NCBI GenBank assembly: GCA_044226285.1
Contig: JBGAHI010000006.1
Coordinates: 192,996 to 256,995 of the forward strand
DNA length: 64,000 nucleotides
Source of the DNA: Chitinophagales bacterium
GTDB taxonomy: Bacteria; Bacteroidota; Bacteroidia; Chitinophagales; LD1
Reading direction: 5' to 3'
The stretch's first letter is position 1; each line of letters starts with the position of its first letter. Positions 18,779-27,397 of the stretch are shown in pieces. The position numbers and the translations under genes were made by a program. The notes below the pieces were generated by a model. It was not told the DNA's origin and ran no database searches. It saw only the letters and a list, made by a program, of their open reading frames with translations.

Positions 18779-20401
18779 ATGCGCATAATTACTTCGCTAT
18801 TCCTTTCCATTTTGATAAGCTCGGCTTCAAAGGCAACAACACCCACTTGGGCTAAAGATGTTGCGCCTATCTTATACTCGAAATGTACTGCATGTCACCA
18901 TCCCGGTGGAGCAGGACATGGATCTTTGATTACCTATGATGATGCGCTTAGTTTATCCGGTGCTATACAATACCAGGTATCTGCCGGATATATGCCACCA
19001 TGGCCTCCTGAAAGATCATACAGACATTTTGCAGATGAACGATTTCTTAGTAACTATCAAAAGCAAGCTATTTTGGATTGGGTGAGTGCCGGAGCACCTT
19101 CAGGGGATACTACTTTGGCTCCTGCTAAACCTGTTTACACCAATAGCGCATTCATTACTACACCTGATTTTACGGCAACTATTCCTACCTATGCTGTAAC
19201 ATCTAATAGTGATATCTATCAGTGCTTTGTTTTGCCAAGCGGTTTATCTGCTAATGAGTTTATTACTTCCATGGAAATTATTCCGGGGAATACTGAAATT
19301 GTGCATCACGTTTTAGTGTACCAAGATACTACCGGAGTAGCTCGTCAGAAAGACATTGCAGATCCAAATCCTGGATATACTAATTTTGGAGGTATTGGTG
19401 TTGCCAATCCTATTCTTATTGGTGGCTGGGTTCCTGGGCAGCGTCCATACTCCTACCCTTCTACAATGGGTGTTCGACTGTATAAGAACTCCGATATTGT
19501 TCTACAAATTCACTACCCAAAAAACAGTTTAGGAAAAGTAGACAGCACAAAAATTAATTTGAAGTTATCGACAAACACAGGTTTGCGAAATATCATGGTT
19601 CAACCATTATTAAATCATACCACATCGGGTCCGGGAAGTATGATTAATGGACCATTGGTGATTCCGGCAAATACTGTAAAAACATTTACCTCTAAATTTA
19701 ATAACACTTATCCAATCGATTTCTCTTTGTTATCTATAGCGCCACACATGCATTTAATCGGAAAATCGATGATATGCTATGCTGTAGGACCAACAAATGA
19801 TACTATTCCTTTGATTAATATTAAAGATTGGAATTTTGAATGGCAAGGATTCTATACCTTCCAACGACTTATCAGAATTCCATCGGGATATAAAGCTTAT
19901 GCAACTGCAGTGTATGACAACACAGTGAACAATCCTCGTAATCCGAATAAGAGCAATCCTGTTCAAGTAAAAGTGGGTGAAGCTACTACCGATGAAATGA
20001 TGCTTTGTTATTTCAACTTCTTGATTGCCGAACCTGGTGATGAAAATTTTATTGTTGACAGTACCGATTATGCAAAACTGGATACTTTGCAAGGACCAAC
20101 AGATACAACAGCAACCGGCATTAATGTTTCTGGTATTGTGAGCACTGCTCAATTGTATGAGTTGTATCCTAATCCAACCACAAGTGTGATTAATGCTCGT
20201 TTCTATTTACCTGTGAACTCGAAAGTATCGATGGCTATTTACGACTTGAATGGTAAATTAATAGCAGAAGAAAAAGAAAGAAGCTATAACGGTGGCTTCA
20301 ATGAATTCAATGTAGATGTCAAAGCTTACGCAAAAGGAAAATACATATTGCAATTGAAAAACGAAAAAACAATAAGGCGACAAAGCTTTATTGTGAATTA
20401 A
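18779..20401 (+). CDS. Secreted PHM/DBH-like (copper type II ascorbate-dependent monooxygenase fold) protein with N-terminal CxxCH motif and T9SS type A C-terminal domain
   Basis: Signal peptide. CTACHH at residues 36-41. HH (176-177), H245, HMH (323-325), DWNFEWQ and DEMM (405-408) have PHM-like spacing. C-terminal LYPNPTT...IYDLNGK...GKYILQL. Confidence 0.65.
   Translation: MRIITSLFLSILISSASKATTPTWAKDVAPILYSKCTACHHPGGAGHGSLITYDDALSLSGAIQYQVSAGYMPPWPPERSYRHFADERFLSNYQKQAILDWVSAGAPSGDTTLAPAKPVYTNSAFITTPDFTATIPTYAVTSNSDIYQCFVLPSGLSANEFITSMEIIPGNTEIVHHVLVYQDTTGVARQKDIADPNPGYTNFGGIGVANPILIGGWVPGQRPYSYPSTMGVRLYKNSDIVLQIHYPKNSLGKVDSTKINLKLSTNTGLRNIMVQPLLNHTTSGPGSMINGPLVIPANTVKTFTSKFNNTYPIDFSLLSIAPHMHLIGKSMICYAVGPTNDTIPLINIKDWNFEWQGFYTFQRLIRIPSGYKAYATAVYDNTVNNPRNPNKSNPVQVKVGEATTDEMMLCYFNFLIAEPGDENFIVDSTDYAKLDTLQGPTDTTATGINVSGIVSTAQLYELYPNPTTSVINARFYLPVNSKVSMAIYDLNGKLIAEEKERSYNGGFNEFNVDVKAYAKGKYILQLKNEKTIRRQSFIVN
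20147..20398 (+). other. T9SS type A sorting domain (Por_Secre_tail) of the PHM-like protein
   Basis: AQLYELYPNPTTSVINARFYL..VSMAIYDLNGKLI...VDVKAYAKGKYILQLKNEKTIRRQSFIVN. Confidence 0.8.
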
Positions 20402-20410
20402 TATCATTGA

Positions 20411-20438
20411 AAAGGGCGAGTTATCTCGTCCTTTTTTA
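20411..20438 (+). terminator. Rho-independent terminator
   Basis: Stem AGGGCGAG / CTCGTCCT (one G-U pair) with a TTAT loop and a T-run. Confidence 0.7.
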
Positions 20439-20472
20439 TTTTTGCCAAAGCAGAACATTTTAATCAAGATAA

Positions 20473-20679
20473 ATGACGTCAAAAGATCCATTGCACGGTA
20501 AAACACTCGAACACATTCTTGAAGAACTTGTGACGCATTTTGGATGGGACGAACTGGGCCGAAGGATAAACATCAATTGCTTCAACAGTAATCCCAGCAT
20601 TAAATCAAGCCTTACCTTTTTACGAAAAACACCTTGGGCAAGAAAAAAAGTGGAGGAGCTTTATTTACGTATTGTATAA
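20473..20679 (+). CDS. VF530/DUF2132 family small DNA-binding-like protein
   Basis: [60 protein letters not shown] is the family signature as I recall it. Confidence 0.7.
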   Translation: MTSKDPLHGKTLEHILEELVTHFGWDELGRRININCFNSNPSIKSSLTFLRKTPWARKKVEELYLRIV

Positions 20680-20747
20680 AGCCATTAAGCAACATTTTTT
20701 AGTTTTATTTCTCATTATCGTTACTATTGCGGTCAAATTTCAAAACA

Positions 20748-21329
20748 ATGACCATAGAAGAACAATTGCAAGCCAGAAGCAACAATCAGTGCGAATTATG
20801 CAAATCCACTACTCATTTGACGGTATATGCTGTTCCACCAAGTCCTGATAAACAAGAAAGTAATGCACTATATGTTTGCGACAAATGCAATGCACAATTG
20901 GAGAAAAAAGAGGAGTTGGAGCCTGCACATTGGTCTTGTTTGAATGAAAGTATGTGGAGCGAGGTGCCTGCAGTTCAGGTGGTTTCGTGGAGAATGTTGA
21001 ATCGGTTGAAGAATGAAACTTGGGCTATGGAAGCTTTGGATATGATGTATCTAGACGATGATATGCTCACATGGGCAAAAGCGATGGGTGACCACGAAAA
21101 CTCGGCTGATGTTGATCTTCACCGCGATTGTAATGGCGCTATTCTTCAAACAGGAGATTCAATTGTGTTAACCAAATCATTGGATGTAAAGGGTTCATCG
21201 TTGAATGCCAAAATGGGAACAGTTGTGAAAAACATTAAACTGGTTGTCGATAATACAGAACAAATCGAAGGAAAAATTGAAGGACAGCAAATTGTTATTC
21301 TGACTAAATACGTTCGAAAATCAAGCTAA
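20748..21329 (+). CDS. phnA: PhnA family zinc-ribbon protein
   Basis: N-terminal CELC...CDKC zinc ribbon. C-terminal PhnA domain DCNGAILQTGDSIVLTKSLDVKGSSLNAKMGTVVKNIKL...IEGKIEGQQIVILTKYVRK. Confidence 0.8.
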   Translation: MTIEEQLQARSNNQCELCKSTTHLTVYAVPPSPDKQESNALYVCDKCNAQLEKKEELEPAHWSCLNESMWSEVPAVQVVSWRMLNRLKNETWAMEALDMMYLDDDMLTWAKAMGDHENSADVDLHRDCNGAILQTGDSIVLTKSLDVKGSSLNAKMGTVVKNIKLVVDNTEQIEGKIEGQQIVILTKYVRKSS

Positions 21330-21400
21330 TTAGCTAATCCTGATTATTCACTTGTTTACTCAGTAAAAAATAAGATTTTTGCACCACTAAAATTAAAACT

Positions 21401-22369
21401 ATGGGCGCTATTCGCGATTTTATCGATAAGAATTATTTACACTTCAACTCAGCTGCATTGGTAGATGCATCAAAAGGATATGAGCAACATTTATTGGAAG
21501 GTGGAAAAATGATGATTACACTAGCAGGTGCGATGTCTACTGCAGAGTTAGGTATTTCTTTAGCCGAAATGATTCGTCAGGATAAAGTACAAATCATTTC
21601 ATGTACAGGTGCCAATTTGGAAGAAGATATCATGAACTTAGTAGCGCACTCGCACTACAAACGCGTTCCGAACTACAGAGAGTTATCGCCAAAAGAAGAA
21701 TGGGATTTGTTGGAAAACCACTACAACAGGGTAACTGATACTTGTATTCCTGAAGAAGAGGCATTCAGAAGATTACAAAAGCACATTCATCAAATTTGGA
21801 AAGATGCTGAAAATAAAGGGGAACGTTATTTCCCTCACGAATACATGTACAAAATGCTTTTATCAGGGGTCTTGGAGCAGTATTACGAAATCGACCCGAA
21901 AAATTCATGGATGTTGGCAGCCGCGCAGAAGAATATTCCAATTGTAGTCCCGGGTTGGGAAGATTCAACAATGGGGAACATCTTTGCTTCTTATGTTATT
22001 AAGAGCGAATTGAAAGCCACAACTATGAAATCGGGTATTGAGTATATGGTTTGGTTGGCCGATTGGTATCGTCATAATTCTAGTGGCAAAGGTGTTGGTT
22101 TTTTCCAAATAGGTGGTGGAATTGCAGGAGATTTCCCAATATGCGTTGTGCCGATGATGTATCAAGATTTGGAATGGCATGATGTTCCGTTCTGGAGTTA
22201 TTTCTGTCAGATTTCTGATTCAACAACTTCATACGGGTCGTATTCAGGGGCTGTACCGAACGAAAAAATTACTTGGGGTAAATTGGATATTCACACACCG
22301 AAATTCATCATTGAATCGGATGCTACAATTGTTGCACCTCTTGTGTTTGCTTATATATTGAATCAATAA
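21401..22369 (+). CDS. Deoxyhypusine synthase-like protein
   Basis: 322 aa. The N-terminus, the TLAGAMSTAELG and SCTGANLEEDI regions, and the GGGIAGDFP motif resemble the DHS/homospermidine-synthase-like family. Confidence 0.65.
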   Translation: MGAIRDFIDKNYLHFNSAALVDASKGYEQHLLEGGKMMITLAGAMSTAELGISLAEMIRQDKVQIISCTGANLEEDIMNLVAHSHYKRVPNYRELSPKEEWDLLENHYNRVTDTCIPEEEAFRRLQKHIHQIWKDAENKGERYFPHEYMYKMLLSGVLEQYYEIDPKNSWMLAAAQKNIPIVVPGWEDSTMGNIFASYVIKSELKATTMKSGIEYMVWLADWYRHNSSGKGVGFFQIGGGIAGDFPICVVPMMYQDLEWHDVPFWSYFCQISDSTTSYGSYSGAVPNEKITWGKLDIHTPKFIIESDATIVAPLVFAYILNQ

Positions 22370-22402
22370 CGCATTGATAAATTACCAATTCATTTTGTAA
22401 TA

Positions 22403-23710
22403 TTGGTAGTGTTTCAAAAACTAATTAAACGATTCGATTCCGTTGCCGCATTGCAGTTATTTCAATTGCTTCGGTATGGAACGCTTGTTGTGTTGGGGAT
22501 TTGCTTCGCTAAAATAGGCGTTCCCAAAAGTAGCATTGCTTGGCTTGAAAGCCTTATATTTATTAGTGGTTTAGTAAGTTTCTTCTGGGTGAATAGTTGT
22601 ATTCAACTTTTACTTTCAGAGTATACCGCTTTGAACGATTTTGACAAGAAAAAATCCATTTTCCGCTACTTTATTACGTTTCAGCTATTCAGCGCCATTG
22701 CGGCTGTAGCTGTATACTTTTGGACTGATAGCGACTATTCATCAACTATAGCGTTGTTCGTTTTGTTTAATACGCCTAGTTTATTGAATGAATATATTCT
22801 TTACTTGAACGAGCGAAAAAAATCGTTGTTGGTATATGGCATTCTATCGTCAGCATTACTGGTGTTAACTTCAATTGGATTAATTATTGTTATAGTCTTA
22901 GTGTTCAACGAGCCAATCGAAAAGTGTTTTGGAGTAACGTTGCTTGTTTTTGTGTTTGTAGCTTTTCTACGTTGGTTGTACACCCTCTTTCTGCTATTTC
23001 GGTTTTCATCGCCCGATTTCTCCATTATTGAAAATACAAAGTGGGCAACACTTTTTATTTTGGTTACAGGTTTCTTATTAAGTGGTTCGAGTGAATATAT
23101 CACCGGTTGGTTTGTGAAACATTTTTCTGACGCATCGGCTTTCACTACATTCAGGTATGGCACAAAAGAAATGCCGCTCTTTACCTTATTGGCTGCGGCT
23201 TTGAGCAATTCGATGATTTCAGTTATTGCTGCAGATGAGAAAAATGGAATTGCTCAACTCAAACAAAAAGGACTTCAACAAATGCACCTCTTTTTCCCTA
23301 TTGCTATTGTACTTACCTTAACTGCTCCTCTCCTCTTTAAATACGTATTTTCCGAAGCTTTTTATGAAAGTGGGAAATTGTTTTCTTTCACTATGCTCCT
23401 TACTATACCTCGACTCTTATTCCCTCAACCCATTTTACATGCAAAAGGTGCTCAGCAATGGATTACTATTGCTCTATTTTGTGAGATAGGCGTGCTTATT
23501 CTATTTTCATTTATAGGCTTTCATTTCTTTGGATTACATGGACTTGTACTAGCTATTGCTATATCTTTTTTAGTTGAAAAATTAGTTCTGATTATCACAC
23601 TTCGATACAAGTTCAATATTCCTCTTTCTGATTATTTATCCAAACAATGGTTTCTTTTTTACAGTGTAATACTCTTGTGTTCGTTTTTATCTACATTTAT
23701 ATTTTATTGA
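22403..23710 (+). CDS. Polytopic membrane protein, Wzx/MOP flippase-like
   Basis: 435 aa with about 12 TM helices. TTG start and no closer ATG. No sharper motif recognised. Confidence 0.5.
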   Translation: MVVFQKLIKRFDSVAALQLFQLLRYGTLVVLGICFAKIGVPKSSIAWLESLIFISGLVSFFWVNSCIQLLLSEYTALNDFDKKKSIFRYFITFQLFSAIAAVAVYFWTDSDYSSTIALFVLFNTPSLLNEYILYLNERKKSLLVYGILSSALLVLTSIGLIIVIVLVFNEPIEKCFGVTLLVFVFVAFLRWLYTLFLLFRFSSPDFSIIENTKWATLFILVTGFLLSGSSEYITGWFVKHFSDASAFTTFRYGTKEMPLFTLLAAALSNSMISVIAADEKNGIAQLKQKGLQQMHLFFPIAIVLTLTAPLLFKYVFSEAFYESGKLFSFTMLLTIPRLLFPQPILHAKGAQQWITIALFCEIGVLILFSFIGFHFFGLHGLVLAIAISFLVEKLVLIITLRYKFNIPLSDYLSKQWFLFYSVILLCSFLSTFIFY

Positions 23711-23801
23711 TAATCAACTACATTTATCATATGTAATTTTTTTTCAATTAAATGAAACTTTCCTATTTCTCTGGTCGTAAATAGAAGAAAACAGAGAACA
23801 T

Positions 23802-24680
23802 ATGAAAAAATCTACCCTAAATTTACTTGCAACTACTCTAGTAGCGGTTCTTGTTTCTTCTTCTTCTTTCGCTAAAACATATATGATCGTTAATAACGGT
23901 AAATGGTCTGACGCTGCCATTTGGGAAAACGGAGTACCCGGCAACGAAATTCAATCTACAGATGTTGTTATTGTCAAAAATCACGTTGTTGTGAGTTCAG
24001 ACATCTCTATATTTGGAACAATGATTATTGAGAAAGGAAATACATTGGTAAGCAACAAATCATTAGCTGTTGGTAAATCTGGTCGTTTAGTGAACAACGG
24101 AAGTGTGAATGTAAAAAGACTAATGAACGAAGGTGAAATCCAGAATAATTCTTCTTTAGAGTCAATGATGGAAATTCAAAATAGCGGCAACTTCAATAAT
24201 AATGTAAACGTACTTTCTGGAACAAACATCTTAAATTATGGTGGTTCTTTAAATGGTGAGCACGGTACATTTTTCGCAAATCAAACTGTAATTAATTCTC
24301 CGGATGCAACTATCGCTAAAACGCTTAAAGTTTTTGTTGGAGGTGATAATAATACTACACAAACAGCAGTAAATGCTACTTCAAGCAGTGATTTCTCAAT
24401 TGAAACGTTTTCTCGTGAGAACGCAGTTACTTTATCGATCAACAATAACAATCAAAGAACTTTGGATAATGTAATTATCACAAGAAGTTTTGATGGCAAT
24501 ACTTACGAGCAAGTAGCTTCAATCCCAAATTCTTTAAATCAGTCGGTTATGTTGTATTCAGATAAAAACATTAACCATTCTACAGTTTATTATAAAGTTC
24601 AAGTGGAATCGAACGGTTCAGTGGTTGAATTGCCTTTAACTACTGTAGGTTTACCATACACACAACAATCACAACGATAG
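23802..24680 (+). CDS. Secreted Asn/Ser-rich hypothetical protein
   Basis: Signal peptide LLATTLVAVLVSSSSFA. Asn-rich, beta-helix-like repeats (N-x-G-x-I/V) and a C-terminal Ig/Fn3-like segment. Confidence 0.5.
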   Translation: MKKSTLNLLATTLVAVLVSSSSFAKTYMIVNNGKWSDAAIWENGVPGNEIQSTDVVIVKNHVVVSSDISIFGTMIIEKGNTLVSNKSLAVGKSGRLVNNGSVNVKRLMNEGEIQNNSSLESMMEIQNSGNFNNNVNVLSGTNILNYGGSLNGEHGTFFANQTVINSPDATIAKTLKVFVGGDNNTTQTAVNATSSSDFSIETFSRENAVTLSINNNNQRTLDNVIITRSFDGNTYEQVASIPNSLNQSVMLYSDKNINHSTVYYKVQVESNGSVVELPLTTVGLPYTQQSQR

Positions 24681-24699
24681 TCTTTTCGAATATTTTTAT

Positions 24700-24731
24700 A
24701 AAAAAAGGGATGCCTGAGCATCCCTTTTTTT
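24700..24731. terminator. Bidirectional terminator hairpin between convergent genes
   Basis: AAAAAAGGGATGC-CTGA-GCATCCCTTTTTT, flanked by an A-run and a T-run. Confidence 0.8.
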
Positions 24732-25200
24732 ATTGATGGTGATAGGGTTCGTTTTTGAGTATCGTAAAGGCTCGATAGAGTTGCTCCAAAAAAACAGGTC
24801 TTACCAATTGATGAGAAAAAGTCATAGTCGATAAACTCAACTTAGCATCAGCCCTTTCATACACAGAAGTATGAAAGCCAAATGCTCCGCCAACAATTAA
24901 ACAAATTTGCTTGCGCCCCATGTTCATCCATGTTTGCAACTGATTGGCAAATCCAACACTAGAAAATGTTTTTCCATTTTCATCTAACAAAACAACCCAA
25001 TCTGAAGGTGCAATTTTTTTTATAATTAGCTTTGCCTCAGCCTCTTTTACAAGATCTGGGTTTTCAAATCGAATGGATGAGTTATCGATGATTGTAATTT
25101 CGAAATTGGTGTAGTGTTTGAGTTTGCTTTGATAAAACAGTGATAAATCGGCAATAGATTTTTCTGTTGTTTTGCCTAAAAGAATCAGATTTATCTTCAT
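24730..25200 (-). CDS. rlmH: 23S rRNA (pseudouridine1915-N3)-methyltransferase RlmH
   Basis: 156 aa SPOUT protein, from MKINLILLGKT to IVGGAFGF and HQLVR..LLEQLYRA. Confidence 0.85.
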   Translation of the reverse strand: MKINLILLGKTTEKSIADLSLFYQSKLKHYTNFEITIIDNSSIRFENPDLVKEAEAKLIIKKIAPSDWVVLLDENGKTFSSVGFANQLQTWMNMGRKQICLIVGGAFGFHTSVYERADAKLSLSTMTFSHQLVRPVFLEQLYRAFTILKNEPYHHQ

Positions 25201-25283
25201 TTCTGTTTTTTTTTGATAAAACTATGCAATAAAATATTGAAAGTCGTTAACAATATGTTTATTTGGCCTCACAAATAAAACGA

Positions 25284-25775
25284 ATGAAAAAAACATTTAC
25301 ACCATTTCTCTTATCAACACTTATCGCTTTTGTTTTAATCGGCTGTAACGAAAACAAAACAAAATTATTGGCAAGAACCTGGAAAATAGAAGATGTAAAA
25401 ATCAGCAAAGAAGTTCCTGAAGAACAGAAAGCTTTTTTTGAATCGATGTTGGCACAAATGAAACAATATTTGCGCTTAACATATAAAGAAGACGGTACTT
25501 ATGTTGCACGTTTCATGGGTCGTTCATCTTCCGGTAAATGGGAATTCAGTAAAGATCAAAAAGAAATGACGGCAACGGATGAAACCGGTCGCCCCATGAA
25601 ATATAAAATCGTCACACTTACGAAAGATAAATTTGAATATGTAACTAACGACAGTTCGCAGCCTGTAACGTTTACTCTTGTTCCGGGAGATTCTTTGCCG
25701 GATCCTGCTCCACAAGCTGAACCTCAAATGGGTCCACCTTCAGCAGAGAGCACTGACACTGCTGTATCAAAATAA
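25284..25775 (+). CDS. Lipocalin-like domain lipoprotein
   Basis: Lipobox LIGC and a TWKIEDVKI start typical of Lipocalin_4-type domains. The C-terminal tail is Pro/Gln-rich. Confidence 0.6.
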   Translation: MKKTFTPFLLSTLIAFVLIGCNENKTKLLARTWKIEDVKISKEVPEEQKAFFESMLAQMKQYLRLTYKEDGTYVARFMGRSSSGKWEFSKDQKEMTATDETGRPMKYKIVTLTKDKFEYVTNDSSQPVTFTLVPGDSLPDPAPQAEPQMGPPSAESTDTAVSK

Positions 25776-25780
25776 TTTTG

Positions 25781-26149
25781 ATGCGATCATTTACAGTTTT
25801 TGTTTTGCTGCTGAGCATTTGTGCTTGTAACTCATCTAACAAAAAAATGGTAGGCCGTTGGAAAATGGATGAAGTTTCCATTAATGGAGCTACATTACCG
25901 TTTGAGCAGATTGGGAAACCATTTTACACTTTTGATGCTAAAGGCAACTATAGTTTAGAGATGAACAATAAATTGGAAAAAGGGAAATATTCAATTGAAG
26001 AGCAAACAATCTCGTTTGAATCAACAGCAGAAAAAAAGCCTAAACAGGTATTTCATTTCGAGTTGAAAGATTCAGCGACACTCTATTTGGAATCGACTTC
26101 ACCAAAAAACAAAATGGCAGTAAAACTTTATAAGCAAAACGATAAATAG
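25781..26149 (+). CDS. Lipocalin-like domain lipoprotein (paralogue of previous)
   Basis: Signal/lipobox LLLSICAC and a GRWKMDEVSING motif. Lies in tandem with the previous gene. Confidence 0.6.
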   Translation: MRSFTVFVLLLSICACNSSNKKMVGRWKMDEVSINGATLPFEQIGKPFYTFDAKGNYSLEMNNKLEKGKYSIEEQTISFESTAEKKPKQVFHFELKDSATLYLESTSPKNKMAVKLYKQNDK

Positions 26150-26215
26150 TCGGCTTCCTATTGACTTGAAATATTGAAATAAACCATTAACTTAACCCCA
26201 TAAACACAAACAACT

Positions 26216-27187
26216 ATGGATATCCCATTTGCTTTTATTGCAGGAACAATCATTGTTATTGTTCTCTTTACGTTGTGGATTTTACCAATTCCCTTATGGT
26301 TATCGGCAAAATTTGCCAATGTGCACATCAGTTTGCTTCAATTGGTATTTATGCGTTTCAGACGTGTACCGCCTTCTGTAATTGTAAATGCAATGGTTAC
26401 CTCGCAAAAAGCAGGAATAATTATTGAACGCGATTTATTAGAAGCTCACTTTTTGGCCGGAGGGAATGTACCGCGTGTGATTCGTGCACTTATTTCAGCT
26501 GATAAAGCCAATATTGACTTGGATTTCAAAGCTGCTACTGCCATTGATTTGGCAGGACGAGATGTATTTGAAGCCGTTCAACTTTCGGTAAATCCTAAGG
26601 TGATTGAATCTCCTCCGGTTACAGCTGTTGCTAAAGATGGTATTCAGTTAATTACAAAAGCGCGTGTTACTGTTCGAGCGAATATGCGGCAGTTTGTGGG
26701 TGGTGCAGGTGAAGAAACCGTTTTAGCGCGTGTTGGCGAAGGAATTGTAACATCCATTGGTTCTGCTGAAAGTCATAAATCAGTAATGGAAAATCCGGAT
26801 TCGATTTCTAAAGTGGTATTAGCAAAAGGTTTGGATGCCGGAACTGCTTTCGAAATCTTATCGATTGACATTGCAGATATTGATATCGGAAAAAATATTG
26901 GAGCGAGTTTGCAAATGGACCAGGCCAATGCCGATAAAAATATTGCACAAGCCAAAGCCGAAGAAAGAAGAGCCATGGCGATTGCCCTTGAACAAGAGAT
27001 GAAAGCGAAAGCACAAGAAGCAAGAGCCAAGGTGATTGAGGCAGAAGCGCAAATCCCAATTGCCATTTCAGAAGCGTTTAGAAGCGGCAATTTGGGTGTT
27101 TTAGACTATTATAAAATGCAAAATATTCAGTCGGATACGCAAATGCGTGATGCAATTTCTAAAGGAGGTGTTGGAGATAAAAAATAA
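26216..27187 (+). CDS. floA: Flotillin-like protein FloA (SPFH/YqfA family)
   Basis: Strong colinear similarity to my recollection of B. subtilis FloA ([92 protein letters not shown]). Confidence 0.9.
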   Translation: MDIPFAFIAGTIIVIVLFTLWILPIPLWLSAKFANVHISLLQLVFMRFRRVPPSVIVNAMVTSQKAGIIIERDLLEAHFLAGGNVPRVIRALISADKANIDLDFKAATAIDLAGRDVFEAVQLSVNPKVIESPPVTAVAKDGIQLITKARVTVRANMRQFVGGAGEETVLARVGEGIVTSIGSAESHKSVMENPDSISKVVLAKGLDAGTAFEILSIDIADIDIGKNIGASLQMDQANADKNIAQAKAEERRAMAIALEQEMKAKAQEARAKVIEAEAQIPIAISEAFRSGNLGVLDYYKMQNIQSDTQMRDAISKGGVGDKK

Positions 27188-27213
27188 ATTTCTATATTCG
27201 CACCCGTAATGAT

Positions 27214-27287
27214 GATCTTGTAGCTCAACTGGATAGAGTACTTGACTACGAATCAAGCGGTTAGGGGTTCGACTCCCTTCAAGATCA
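27214..27287 (+). tRNA. tRNA-Arg (anticodon ACG)
   Basis: Hand-folded cloverleaf. Acceptor GATCTTG/CAAGATC, D stem GCTC/GAGT, anticodon stem CTTGA/TCAAG with loop CTACGAA, T arm AGGGG-TTCGACT-CCCTT, discriminator A. CCA is not encoded. Confidence 0.9.
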
Positions 27288-27291
27288 CTTC

Positions 27292-27335
27292 AGACCCAAA
27301 AAATTGATTATCAATTTTTTGGGTCTTTCGTTTTT
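27292..27335 (+). terminator. Rho-independent terminator after tRNA-Arg
   Basis: 16-bp stem AGACCCAAAAAATTGA / TCAATTTTTTGGGTCT followed by a T-rich tract. Confidence 0.85.
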
Positions 27336-27397
27336 ATTCAATCCCTCGAATAAATGACAATTCTATGACACAAATAATACGCTGAATCACCAATTTC

